63,848 bases of DNA, filler included, from Ministeria vibrans ATCC 50519 (GCA_943704425.1; 13 parts of 13 records of this genome joined end to end with filler, not necessarily neighbours in it); one strand, 5' to 3'; numbered from the whole stretch's first letter, positions 24,059-39,125 are shown. A program made the numbers and translations. The notes: generated by a model from the letters alone, not told the origin.

Positions 24059-24261
24059 GCTCTCACTGACTCTCTCTCTCAATTACTTTGTTTTCTTTAT
24101 TTAGCGCTGACTATCTTGTCTCTCCATTCGGTCGGTTCGACGGAAACATTTATGCGAGCTACTTTGAGCAGGTGACGGACGCGCCGGGTGCCACTGGCAA
24201 GGCGCCGTACTGGGACTCCCTCATTAAACCTCTGCTGCAACAGGGCGAAGACGACGACTAG
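21822..24261 (+). CDS. ACOX: Peroxisomal acyl-CoA oxidase, 4 exons
   Basis: [63 protein letters not shown]. Confidence 0.96.
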
Positions 24262-24533
24262 ACCTCCTTCCACATTGTCTTGCCGTCTTGTCTGTTTGTT
24301 TTTGGTGTGTCTGTGAGAGAGTGAGTGTGAGTGAGTGGGAGAAAGTCTACAACAATAACTTTTTAACTTTTTCACAATTCGTATGTGTTATTGACTCCAT
24401 GCGCGAGGACGAGAGCAAAAAAAAAAAAAAAAANNNNNNNNNNNNNNNNNNNNNNNNNNNNNNNNNNNNNNNNNNNNTTAATTAATTAANNNNNNNNNNN
24501 NNNNNNNNNNNNNNNNNNNNNNNNNNNNNNNNN

Positions 24534-24756
<223 letters not shown>

Positions 24757-24807
24757 ATACATATATAAGTTTATAATTATATAAAAACTTGTGACACTTG
24801 TGCGCAC

Positions 24808-25622
24808 CAGATTGCGTGAGCGGTTGTGATACAGGACCCGACAGCCAAAGCCAAAGTGGGCTCGCACAGCAAACTCCGTCCCAATGCGACCCATGCCCAC
24901 TACTCCCACCGTACTCGAATGCACCCGTTGGCCCATGTTCACCTGTGAGAGGTTCTGCGTGTATGCAGCCGATCGGGCAAACCTTTTCAAAAGTGTCAAA
25001 GTGAATGTGTGCTCTCGGTCATCTCTGTCACGGTGCTTACTTGTCGGCAGCAATGACAGCACGAGCCGCACCCAGCATGAGAGCAAAAGCTAGGTCTGCT
25101 GTACAGCCAGAGAGAATACCTGGAGTATGACCAACCGAGATATTTTGTTCGTGGCAGACTGGGACCTGCGCGACAGCGAGTCAGATCCCAGCGCAACGAC
25201 AGAACAATAAGAACTAATATTATGTACATCGATATGATCCAATCCAACACTGTTGGTCGACACCACTCTCACGTGCCCTCCAAGCTCCGCCAGCAGAGCC
25301 GCATCAATGCGCGGGTGGCCTGAGACGAGGATTCCATCAACGGCGCCGCTCGACACTCCCTACCAAACAAGAGTGTCAGGCCCGCAACAGCCGCTGTTCC
25401 TCTCCTTCGTCACCTCGCTGTAGGTCATCAGCTGCACGTCTTTCCCTTCGTCGCTAAAGTACGGCATGAACACTTCGCTTTCCTGTGACAGCGGATGAGA
25501 TTCGTGCAGCAGGTTGTGCGCGTCCGAACCGCATTCAGTTGCTCTTCCACAGTGCGTTCGGGAGCACTTTTAAAGTCAGCATTGGTCAGAACCACCACGC
25601 GGTATTTTGGCGCGTCACTCAT
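24808..25622 (-). CDS. D-2-hydroxyacid dehydrogenase (glyoxylate/hydroxypyruvate reductase-like), 3'-partial
   Basis: VVSTNSVGLDHIDV, HTPG..TADLAFALMLGAAR, Rossmann TVGVVGMGRIG..VLYHNRSR. Confidence 0.9.
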
Positions 25623-25857
25623 CTTAAGGGGAGAAAGAAAGGTGAAAGACTGAAAGTTGAAACCAATAATAAAAAATAATTAGTGAACTCACTTTTTTTA
25701 CTCTTCTCTCTCAGACCACCCAAACACTCTCCTTTGATCCAAACACTCTACCAGTCTCCCTTTATTATTGGCTCCGGCCTAGTTTCCGAGAAGTGACAAG
25801 TTTTAGCCAACCTTTGAATCACACGCTCGGATTGTTTGAACACTCAACCTAAATCGA

Positions 25858-27114
25858 ATGGGATCTCGACAGTCCCGGCCTTCTGCGCACTCCCATCCGG
25901 CTTGCTATGCTAGCCCCGAGCCTGAACTGGATCCTTTGACGCGCCTCGAGCGAGATGCGACGGCTGAGCATCGCCGAGAGCTCAGTCGGGCGGATGAGAT
26001 GACGCGCGAACATCCGCCAGTTCCGCAATCAACTCTGCCTCCGTCAGCTTCCTATGCCTACCAGAGCAAACCTTTACCAGTCGACGACGAAGGCTATGTA
26101 GAAGCGGTGCCCGTCAAAGACTCGGCAAGAATAGCCCAGGTTTTCGCAGAGTACGGTGTCGTGGCAGTGGCGGGGTGTCTGGATGCGGACGAGTGTGCCG
26201 CGTCGCGGGACGCCCTCTGGGACTTTCTCGAGCGCCACGCACCCCCGTTCGAGCCGCGTCTTGATCGGACTCGTCCCGAAACATGGGCAAATGCAAATTG
26301 GCCGGGGCTTCAGAATTTGGGCATTCTGGGCGACAACATTGCACTTCATCCACAGCTCATGCGAAACCGCGTCAACCCGCGCGTGGTTGACGCATTTGCC
26401 GCCGTCCTCGGGACCCGTGAGATCTGGATAAATGTTGGACGCGTCTCTGCAATGCGCCCAACACTGCGTGTGCTCATACCCATCGACTGCTTCGATGGCA
26501 CTCGCCCCAACCACGCCAGTGTCCTAGCATCGGCCGAACGCACCGTCGACTCGCTCGGCCGCGATTGTCTCGTCACCGATCAGGACGTGTGGCGCACCAT
26601 CGAAGGCTGGCTTCACCTTGACTTCAACCCACTCACCGGCGAGGCGACAAGCTTCTCGTGGCACCACACAGCCAGTGGCGAGAATTGCTACGACGACAGC
26701 GATCGCAACGAGAAGGTGCAAGGCATTCTCGCTCTCAAAGACTGCAGTCTCCACGACGGTGGCTTTCACTGCGTGCCAGGCTTTGTGCCTCACGTCCGCG
26801 CTTGGGCTCAGTCGCACGGCGACCAGCTTATGCGGAACGTACCCCCGGGATCCACCACTGTTCAGGTGCCCGTCGACGATCCTCTTCGAAAGGACATTCA
26901 GCGTATTCCGATTCGCGCTGGCACACTCGTCATCTGGTCGTCAGCTACGCCGCACGGTACCTTTCCCAACCATTCTGACTCCATGCGCATGATTCAGTAC
27001 ATCAAAGCAACGCGTCGCGACCAGTCCTACTGGCGCCCCCTCTTCCGGCGTGCGCTTCTACCCGATGGCTTTGTGCCCACTCTCGAAGAGGCCGCTCTCC
27101 TTGGCATCACATGA
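25858..27114 (+). CDS. Phytanoyl-CoA dioxygenase-like Fe(II)/2-oxoglutarate dioxygenase, intronless
   Basis: FAEYGVV, HLD (HxD), VQGILAL, DGGFHCVPGF, AGTLVIW...PHG..PN.S...RMIQY. Confidence 0.85.
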   Translation: MGSRQSRPSAHSHPACYASPEPELDPLTRLERDATAEHRRELSRADEMTREHPPVPQSTLPPSASYAYQSKPLPVDDEGYVEAVPVKDSARIAQVFAEYGVVAVAGCLDADECAASRDALWDFLERHAPPFEPRLDRTRPETWANANWPGLQNLGILGDNIALHPQLMRNRVNPRVVDAFAAVLGTREIWINVGRVSAMRPTLRVLIPIDCFDGTRPNHASVLASAERTVDSLGRDCLVTDQDVWRTIEGWLHLDFNPLTGEATSFSWHHTASGENCYDDSDRNEKVQGILALKDCSLHDGGFHCVPGFVPHVRAWAQSHGDQLMRNVPPGSTTVQVPVDDPLRKDIQRIPIRAGTLVIWSSATPHGTFPNHSDSMRMIQYIKATRRDQSYWRPLFRRALLPDGFVPTLEEAALLGIT

Positions 27115-27189
27115 ATCAGTAAAACTCAAAGTGTAACATTCCTTCTAATCCTTCACAATCACGACACGAAGAATATTGTACTGCTGTTA

Positions 27190-27470
27190 ATCACAGACGC
27201 AGAACCTGCACATCGCCAAAGTCGTCGTCCCAGTCGTCATCGTCGTCGTCCAAATTGACCACTTTGGGTTTTCTCAGGGTTCCTACAATACTCAAACAAA
27301 ATCAATTGTTTCCTATTCATTGTTGTGTGTGTATGTGTGTCATTTGAAGTACCTGCAGTACTGTCACTCACGCCCGAGTGAAGCAGATCCTTGAGCGAGT
27401 CTTCCACCTGTTCGTCACGCGCAAGCTGACTCAGAGTGCTCCGCGAAGACCCCGGACGACCACTGAGCAC
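27190..27470 (-). CDS. 3' end of an unidentified gene (..KPKVVNLDDDDDDWDDDFGDVQVLRL*)
   Basis: Two short exons with plausible splice sites and an acidic C-terminus; the rest is off-contig. Confidence 0.45.
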
Positions 27471-27554
27471 AGGATTGAGAGCGTTTGAGAGAGAAAACAA
27501 GGAGGGAGAACAAAACAAAGTGATAGAGAGAGAAAGAGCGATAGAGAAAGAAAG

Positions 27555-27640
<86 letters not shown>

Positions 27641-27740
27641 NNNNNNNNNNNNNNNNNNNNNNNNNNNNNNNNNNNNNNNNNNNNTTAATTAATTAANNNN
27701 NNNNNNNNNNNNNNNNNNNNNNNNNNNNNNNNNNNNNNNN

Positions 27741-27849
27741 CTAACCCTAACCCTAACCCTAACCCTAACCCTAACCCTAACCCTAACCCTAACCCTAACC
27801 CTAACCCTAACCCTAACCCTAACCCTAACCCTAACCCTAACCCTAACCC
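27741..27849. repeat. Telomere, (CCCTAA)~18, at contig start
   Basis: Perfect repeats at the contig terminus with the C-rich strand at the 5' end, as expected for a chromosome end. Confidence 0.93.
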
Positions 27850-28204
27850 ATGGCTGCAGTGGAGTAGACAGCGAGGCGGCCAAGAGTGCTATGAAGTTGT
27901 ATGTGCGCGCCGAGGAGCTTCAGCATTACACACGGGACGTGTCTCGACTGGCAGCGACCCCGAAAAGCAACGATTTGGACGATGTGTTAGGGTGAATCGA
28001 TGTCAAAACAACTTTTTGAGCGAAATCCAACATTTGTGAGAATTTCCTACAAAATACAAATTTAAGTATTTAACCTTTTTTCTTGCCTTCAAAACGTATA
28101 GCGAAAACAGTAAGCACAACTGATGTGTAGAGTTGACTTTGTGTGTGGTTGCGTTCATTTCAAGTGGCTGTTAGGACCACTTTCGTTCTTCTTTTTCTTG
28201 TCAT

Positions 28205-28698
28205 CTTGTGAAATTGTTTTTCGTGTATTCTTCACGACACCCACCGCTTTTCACGACACCCACCTCTTCCGGTCGTATTATTTGTGTTTTTGTTGGTGTT
28301 CATTCATTTGCCGTGATCGGTAAGGGTTGATGTGCTCGGGATCTAACGATGCTGCCTTTTTTTCTTTTTTCTTGTGAAATTGTTTTTCGTATTGCCTGCA
28401 AATTCTTCACGATACTCACCGCTTCCGGTCGTGTTATTTGTGTTGTTGTTGGTGTTCATTCATTTGCCGTAATCGGTAAGGGTTGATGTGCTCGGGATCT
28501 AACGATGCCGCCTTTTTTTCTTTTTTTTTCTTGTGAAATTGTTTTTCGTGTTACCTGCAAATTCTTCACGACACCCACCGCTTCCGGTCGTGTTATTTGT
28601 GTTTGTTGTTGGTGTTCATTCATTTGCCGTGATCGGTAAGGGTTGGTGTGCTCGGGATCTAACGATGCTGCCTTTTTTTTTTTTTTTTTTTTTTTTTT
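28205..28698. repeat. Subtelomeric tandem array, 3 x ~160 bp, each unit ending in a T-run
   Basis: Units start CTTGTGAAATTG at 28205, 28371 and 28530 and share ..GGTAAGGGTTG.TGTGCTCGGGATCTAACGATGC.GCC(T)n. Confidence 0.93.
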
Positions 28699-28956
28699 GT
28701 CAAAATCGCCTTTGTTCCATTCCAGTTCTCAATTGTCACAGAAAACTACAAACCCTATCAGTACGTATAAGATTTGTGCCTTTGAGTGTTCGTGGTGCTT
28801 GTTTCGTTGATGGTCTTCGCGTGAATCATTACCAATCCAATTATCACCATATTCGTGGGTGCCGTATGGCGCTGTGCCACTTTTTGTTTTTTTTTGTTGC
28901 TAAGGAACGAAGTGCGGAAAATGACTTAGAAATGATGACGTTATTCTGTAGAGGAC

Positions 28957-29481
28957 ATGCGCTATCTACTGCTTCTTCTTTGTGTCGGTGTTGCCATTGC
29001 AGCACCGATGAATTCCATCAGGTAAACGTCGTTAAATCTGTCTCACTTCGTCAAACCAACAATAACAATATTTTTATAGTGTTGACACAATCTGCTCTGG
29101 TGGTGATGTGCAGACTGATGCGAATGGCGCAAGCTCGGGCAACACGCAGTTCCGCAAGAGCTTTTGCACCCAAATCGCTTCTGATGTCGAGTGGTGTAGC
29201 CAGTCCATTGTCAACACCGCAGGTACTGATTTTGATTCCTGAAGGCATTCTTACTTCGTCTGATCTCTATTATATATGTACGCATTAGCGTTTCCGTTCA
29301 CGAACAACCTTCGAACGTGGCCAATTCCCAGGACGTTGTGAAAATCCTCGTGGGAAGCATTAGCTCCGACGATTTCGTCGTGACAGACAGCAACTTGAAC
29401 ACACTTTCTGTCGGTGATTCTATCGCCAATGGCTCGGTGACATGCATCATCACGCGCATCTCCACAACAATCGTCAATTGA
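28957..29481 (+). pseudogene. Secreted-protein gene or pseudogene; exons 28957-29021, 29080-29222, 29289-
   Basis: Signal peptide MRYLLLLLCVGVAIAAP; exons 1-2 splice in frame; exon 3 appears one base out of phase with its longer protein-like frame. Confidence 0.5.
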
Positions 29482-30542
29482 GTATTCGCATTGCATCAAG
29501 TGAAGAGATGTAATCGACTGTCTCTTTCTTTCAAACAAACTGAAGTTACATCTCCCCCGGGATGGTACAATACCCTTGGATGAACAACTTCTTCTCATGA
29601 TGGTGTGGATTTTGTATTTCTTTATTCATTATAAATACGAGGTGAGTTCTCCTTTCGTCTCGTCTAGCAGGGACGGTCCGCCCCTTTGAAGTAGCACATT
29701 TTCAGCCGCTGAATAGTCTAGTTGAACGAGCCCTCGCATCATTGGAACAATCGGAGAATGTTCCTCCGCTGAAGAATCGCGTGTTCTTTTAATTACATAA
29801 GTACATAACATGAAAAAGAACGAGGAGAGTTGGTGTTTTCAGTGAGTATTGCGGAGTCGCTGGCGAACGCGATCAACAGGACAGCTACCAAACACTGGCG
29901 TTCGAGTGAAATTTGAAGAAAGAAGACTGTATTTAGAAGCCCTAGTCAATTCCACTAGACCAAACCCACCAAGTGTTGCTGTTGTTGTTGTTGTTGCCGA
30001 TGGAGTTGTCGGGCACTTGGGGGACTGTCGCACACGCACGACACCTGAACGTGTCAGCTGCTGCGCCATCGGAGATGTTGAAGTGCGCTTAGTTTAATCA
30101 AAAAGAATACAATACCCATTTATTTATGATACAGTCACAACGCAAAGCACACCCAGACCACCTCGCTCTCAACCGTATTAAGGTAACTAAGAAAAAGAAG
30201 AATACAACCAATTGATTTATGACTATAATGATAAAAGAATACACCACACCACACGCCTCACATTCCTACACAAGTACGTCAATCCACACTCTTCAGTCCA
30301 TTCCCAGCAAGCAGCTGATGCACCACAGCCTTTGATATGCTTCGATAAGTTGATGTCTGCGGGTTGGTGGCGGCGCAAAACAAACAAACGCATCGCCTGA
30401 ACAAATGCCGTCTCACCTGATTATCAGTCTCGGTTGTCCTTGCAGGCACATTGGCATTGCGAAACAGCTCCTCGTCATCGAGTAGCTGTGAGAGAAGGGA
30501 TGAGCGATGCAGCGTGGACTTCTTTGATACCTCATCTAATGG

Positions 30543-31991
30543 ATGGGTCTGAGAGATGGACTGGGTGGCCAGGGTGCCGTGGTCACGAGCGCGTCAGACG
30601 GCGCGCAGGTTCTCGCTGACGCATTTGCTAACGTGGCAGCGGACGCGGAGCATGCAGGCGCGGCTGGCGGTCAGTTTGACGAGGGGTTCGCGCGTGATCT
30701 CGAAGCTTTCGTTGAGGAGGAGCTGGACGCAGTGAATATTGCCCGACGTGCCATGGCAGTGCAAGTGGGCGACCCCCACTTGCTAGCACAGGTGCACAAC
30801 CGTCGCGCGGCCCGCCCCCTGCCCTCGCACACCCCTTTTCTACCGCCTTTTGCAACATCAACTGGAGGCTTACACGCTAACCAACGGCCACTTTCCTCTC
30901 TTGAGCTGACGAAGCCGGTCGAGCCGATAGAAGTGAAAATGGCGCTGCAGAAGTTGCACAATGACAAAGCACCAGGAGACGACAACGTGCCCATTGAGCT
31001 GCTCAAGTACGGAGGCGAGCCAGTCCGCGCGGCCCTGGCTCTACTTTACACTCTCATGCTGATGGCTGGAAGACTACCGGCGGAGTGGAAGCTGGGGAGA
31101 GTCATTGCCCTGCTCAAGGACGGTGGCGACCGGACCAAGGCGAGTCAATATCGCTCCATCACCATCCTGCGGGCCCTGGCAAAGATCTTTGCTAAGATAA
31201 ATGCTCAACGCATGGCACGTGTCCTCAACGATGTCCTGTCGCCTGCCCAGACGGCGTACAAACCTTGGCAAGGCACAGAATTCAATCTGTTCGTCTTGAA
31301 CGAGTTCGTCATGGAATGCGACACGCAAAAGCGTGACTGTGCGATTGTGACAATGGTGGACCTACGCCGCGCTTTCGACTCAGTCTGGCGGCCGGGCCTC
31401 TACTACCAATTACTTAGAGCAGGGGCGCCAGCGGAGACGGTAGCGATGCTCAAGGCCTTCTACGTGGACGCTCAATCCTATGTGCAACTTGGCGAGGCGA
31501 CCTCAGCCAAATACCACTTGCCCCTGGGTGTGAGACAGGGCTGCTGCATGAGCCCACTACTGTTCACATTCTACATTGACGGCCTGCTGAGAGGTCTACG
31601 GGCTCTCCCTAAAGCCGGCGGAGTAGCTTCAGTGGCGGGGATTCGGTCAGCTGAAATGATGTTTAGCGACGACTTGGTTCTGATCAACCACACGGTCGAG
31701 GACACGAATGCGGCGCTGGACTACATCAAGGACTACTGTTGCACTTGGCGCCTAGTGGTGAACAGTGCAAAAAGCTACGTACAAGTGATTGGCAGGAACC
31801 CGATCGACCTGATGCGGACACCGGTGCGGTTCGATGGTGTGGCGCTCAGGAGGGTGGACGATCAGAAAGGCTTCAAGTACCTGGGCCTGTGGATAAACGG
31901 CTCATTTTCGGCTCCGGCGGTCGCGCCAGGCGTGCGCCCCACACGCAGACTCAGGCTGGCCCAGTCAGTCTCGGAGGGCATCAAGGAGAGG
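30543..31991 (+). mobile_element. Non-LTR (LINE-type) retrotransposon RT region, 5'-truncated, runs off the contig
   Basis: KAPGDDNVPIELLK, YRSITIL, QTAYKP, DLRRAFDSV, GVRQGCCMSPLLF, FSDDL, FKYLG in canonical order; no endonuclease domain upstream. Confidence 0.93.
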
Positions 31992-32091
31992 NNNNNNNNN
32001 NNNNNNNNNNNNNNNNNNNNNNNNNNNNNNNNNNNTTAATTAATTAANNNNNNNNNNNNNNNNNNNNNNNNNNNNNNNNNNNNNNNNNNNN

Positions 32092-32177
<86 letters not shown>

Positions 32178-32183
32178 GTGTAG

Positions 32184-32743
32184 CGCGCGCGTACAAGGAC
32201 TTGAAGCCGCTCCCTAATGCTCGAGTGCCCATTGTCAAGTTTGTGGACAAAGACACGTATGCTCGATTGCACGTGAGCATTCCATCACTGACCCTACATC
32301 TTTATTTGTCTTTTTGGTTATATAGGGGACTCGCATGCGACGTGTGCATCAACAACGAATTGGGCCTGCGCAACTCGGCGCTTCTCGCAGCGTACGCGCG
32401 CATTGACCCGCGCGTCGTTGCCCTCACACGGGTCGTCAAGTACTGGGCCAAGCAGCGCAATATCAACTCGGCGTACGAGGGCACACTCAGCAGCTACGCC
32501 TACGTGCTGCTTGTCATCTACTTCCTTCAGAGCTGCGCAAACCGAGTCACCGGCGCGAATGCAATTCTCCCTCCCCTTCAGCAGATCCCCCCTCCAGGCC
32601 AGACTGCCTGCCCCAAAGTCATGGTCAGACAACGTCACTTCTTGCACCTACACAATTCTTCTGACACGCGTCTCTGTTCTTTCTCCCTCCTTCCACACAC
32701 ACACCCCACACGCACATCCATACACACACATGTACACACACAT

Positions 32744-32808
<65 letters not shown>

Positions 32809-33902
32809 TCCATACGTGCACACATCCATACATACATACAGCTGGACGACAAGTATGATACGTACTACTTTGACGACCCAGCCAGTGTCGTTGCCATGGG
32901 CTTTGGTGCCGCCCGCAACCACGAGCGACTTGGCTCGCTTCTCTGTGACTTCTTCAAGTTTTATGCGCACGAGTTTGACTACCATGAGAGTGTCGTTTCC
33001 ATTCGCATTGGTGACCTTATTTCAAAGGAAGACAAAGTGTGGGAGCTCAAAGTAAGTCTTCTTTTGTGTGTCTGAGATAAAATTGAGATCAAGTAAGGCT
33101 TACTTGCGGTGTCGTGTGTGTGTTTTTTGAAGCAAAATAATCGACGCGACCGATTCTGGATTTGCATTGAAGATCCATTTGAGCTGGACCACAACATTGG
33201 ACGAGTCGTCGATAAGAACAGGTAAACAACCCAACTGAGCTGTACTAAGAACGTACATGGACTTGCTCACTCACTCACTCACTCTTGACATTTACTCATT
33301 CATTCTCACTTGACATTAACACTTATAGTCTGTATGATATTCGCGGTGAGTTCATGGATGCGCACAAGTTGGCGTGCGAAGGTTACTCGCTTGCCCATAT
33401 TTGCCGACCATTCGCAGACGTATGGGAACCCTATAGATGAACACCGATTACGAGAGATACTCATTGATTGACATTTTTATATTTCAGAACTCACGTGAAC
33501 TCAAAGAGCGAAAGAGCATTAAGCGAGACAAAGAGCAGACAGATACAATCCCATACGTAAACAAACGTGAGCTGCAGCAACTATATTGATTGTACTTTTG
33601 GGTTTGCTTAGGAGGATCTGCCGGACTCAAGTGACTCCGACTCAGACGCACAGAGCAACGATGGTGGATACTACGACGCACGACAGCGTACACGGACCAT
33701 GAGTAATCTTGACGACGAACTGGAGGCATACGTGCGCTCACTGCGCAACACAACACTCGACGACGACGACAATGACGGCGATGACTACAACGGTGCTCAC
33801 AGCCACGACGCTACAGGACAACGCGCCGATGGTTCCTCCTCATCTTCTGCTGCTGCTTCTGTATCGACTGTGTGGCCCTCTCTGGCTGCCTATCGTCACT
33901 AA
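32184..33902 (+). CDS. Cid1/TUT-type terminal uridylyltransferase, 5'-partial, multi-exon
   Basis: ARVPIVKF, CDVCINN, KYWAKQRNIN, GTLSSYAY, and IEDPFELDHN carrying the His associated with UTP selection; acidic C-terminal exons to 33902. Confidence 0.9.
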
Positions 33903-34027
33903 TGTTGAATATGTTCTCACTGCTTTTCACACACACTCGCCTCACAATCTCAAATTTTTCTCTACATTTCTTTATCAATACACAATCAAAAAACGTTTTG
34001 TTTCTTTCATCCATGGAGTGGGTCTGC

Positions 34028-36258
<2,231 letters not shown>

Positions 36259-36560
36259 CCTGAGGATCAGTTCGGCTACAAAGGTCAAAGGAGTGAAAAT
36301 ACAAAGGCCAAGATCAACTGATGAAAATTTGCGAGTTACCTGATGATAATCAAAAATGAAAAATGAAAAATCAAAAAATCCAAACAAAATTATCTCGCTC
36401 AAGCTACTCACGACAGGATCAACTCGCTGTGCAGAGTGATTGGTGATCAGACACCGAGTACACTGCGATACGGAATAGATATTTTTTGACAGGCACACAA
36501 AAAAAAAAAAAAAAAAAAAGTTATTGCTCACATTTTTGTGCAGTGAGCAGAAACCTGTGG

Positions 36561-39125
36561 ATGAGCGCAGCAGGGGACGAAGAGGACGAGCTCCTCCTGG
36601 AGGTGCCGGTGTTCTTGAACAAGCGGCTGCGGGACAGCAAGACACAGCTGTCGCTGCTGCAGTTTCCCATTGAGCAGACGGCGCGCATGGAGAGCGTCGT
36701 CGACTGCCGCGTCAAGCCAGGCTGCGGCAAGCTGGAGATCTCCTGCGACGTGCCCCGCGACAACGATACCTACGACGTTGCCCATGGCATTGAACTGGCA
36801 CGCCAGGCGCTGGGGCCCTTCTACCGCGAGGCAACGACGGACGCGGATGTGACGGCCAAGGAGCGACGTGCCAACGCCAACTACATGGACGACGACGACT
36901 ATGGCGCCGTGCCTGTCGCTGCCAACAACGCAGTTCGGATGGTGGGCAACGTCGAGCTGCCGCGCTTCACAAAGGGCCGCTACGATCGATGCACGCTGAC
37001 GAGTACCGAAGTGCCCATGCGCGCATCCTACGCGATTGGCAGACTCACAAACAAGGAGCTTCATGTGACGCCGCTCGACCGCATCGTCCAGATGCGTCCC
37101 TCTTTCACTCATATTGACGCACATGCAGCTCGCTTGCGTGAAGAGGACAAGAAGAAGCGTGCGCAGCAGTCGGAGACCTCGGCGGCGACGGTGCACGTCG
37201 ACGACGACGACGAGGCCGACGGTGCTTTGCAGGTGCAATTTGAACGACGCGAAACTGAACGTGCGCAAAAGGCACGCAAACGATCGTATGCCTACTTGCG
37301 ACAACAGGAAATCGACGAGCCCTGGACCGAAGTGCAATTGCACGACCGACGCGACGACGAAGAAGCGTCGGACACTCAAATGTTCGCTCACGACACCACC
37401 ACTCAACTCAAGTCGGACGTCTCACCCATTCAGTTCCTTGATCGTCTGTTTCCTCCGCGCGCCCGCGACGGTGTTACCCTTGCTGGTTCGTCTTCTGGTG
37501 GTGGGAGCTCGTCGAGCGCCGGTGGTGGCGCTGGTAGCAGTGCGTCTAGCAATGAGCTGCTAAGTCCGGCACTCAAGTCGCTTTCGGTCAAGGAGCAGGT
37601 GCGTCGCATTATGCGCACATCGCACGTGATACGCTTTGAGGATATTGTCGCGCGTGTGCCGCGACCCAAGGACAAGGATGTGCGCAAGGAAATTTTTGCG
37701 GCCCTCGCCGACTGTGCCTGGCTCGTGCAGGGCGCCTTTGTGCTTCAGTCGGCGTTGCTCTTTGAACGCTACCTACTGCCTCCAGCGAACGCATCTGCTG
37801 CTGCTGCGCATGTGCAAACGATGCCAAGTGAGTCACAGGGCCTTGTGAGCGCAGCCCTCATGCGCGACGGACGCGACTACATGCTTGCCTGCTTTGCTGC
37901 AAGCCCTACTCTCGAGCGCAAGGACCTCGCGTGCACCCGTCTACCGGCGGAGGACATACTCCACATGCTCAAGTCGGTCAGTGTCCTCGAACGACCCGCT
38001 CGTGTCTGGCGATTTTCTCACGTCGACGCCACCTTTGAGCGTGAGCACGAGGCGCACTGTCACAAAGAGACGCAGCGCATCCGCGAGCGAGGCGTCGAGC
38101 TGCACAGACACATGGTGGAGGCACTCGCCAAGCGCAATCCGGGCAGTTCGTTTGGCAGCACGATTAGCAGCAGTAGTGGTGGGAAAGGCAAGCGACCGTT
38201 GATCAGTGCCGCGGCGCAAGCGGCCGCCATGCAATCAGGTGGGCGCACACGCACCATGTCGGCGTCTACCATGAGCGGCAACGACGACGAGCGCATCCAT
38301 CGCGGTCTCGACGCCATCGTCGCCTGGATCTTTATGCCCCTCGATGTCGATGGCGACGGCACCCACTTTGAGCAGTTTATGCAGCGTCTGGCGTCGCGTC
38401 CCTACAAAGCTGCGCCTATCTCAGACATCGTGGCGTACCTCGAGTGTCGCAACCGCATCTGCAACGAACAGCCGCCTTTGCTTCAACTACCCTCAGACCC
38501 CACCGAACAGTACGTTATTTTTGTGTTATTTTGAATTCGATTTGTTTAATAATAATATTGGTAATAATAATAATAATTATTATTATTATTATTATTATTT
38601 TGATTTGTAGGGCTCGCGCAGTCATTGACGCACTTCCATCGTTTTTTCGAGTCATTGAGCATGATCCTCTGCCCTCCTCGGTCGCTTACTACGTCCCACC
38701 CAAGGCTACCCCTTTGGACATGAAGGTACAACACTCACGACGCACACAATGGAAAAAACTGTGTATACGTCTCCTCATTTGTTTCCTTTCTTTTCGATTT
38801 GTTTCTTTCTCCTTTTCTTTTTCTTTCTTTAACCGTTAGGTGCGCACGGCCATTGTGGAGTCCATGGGAGCGACAGGCAGTGTCAAGAAGACTGATTTAC
38901 AGGCTACTCTCAAAGAACTTGATGCTTCCGCCGAACCTAATGTTCACCTGGAAGTCGTCAAGGTACTAACTACACTGGCTCACGCGTGACATTTATTCTC
39001 TTACTCGCATTCACAATTATACTCGCATTTTGTTCTTACTTGATGCTTGTCTTATTCAGGAGTACGCGGAGATCCGAGGGATGCACTACAAACTGAGGGC
39101 ACTCCCAGCATTGCCAAATGTGTAA
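36561..39125 (+). CDS. POLR3E: RNA polymerase III subunit RPC5 (Sin/Rpc37)
   Basis: EVPVFL..LSLLQFP, LHVTPL..VQMRPSFTHID, VQFERRE..RSYAY..EPW, AWLVQGAFVLQS. Confidence 0.9.

Noticed and set aside
30543-33902. RT next to a terminal uridylyltransferase as a coupled system
   Set aside because: Separated by a linker (31992-32091), so they are on different contigs.
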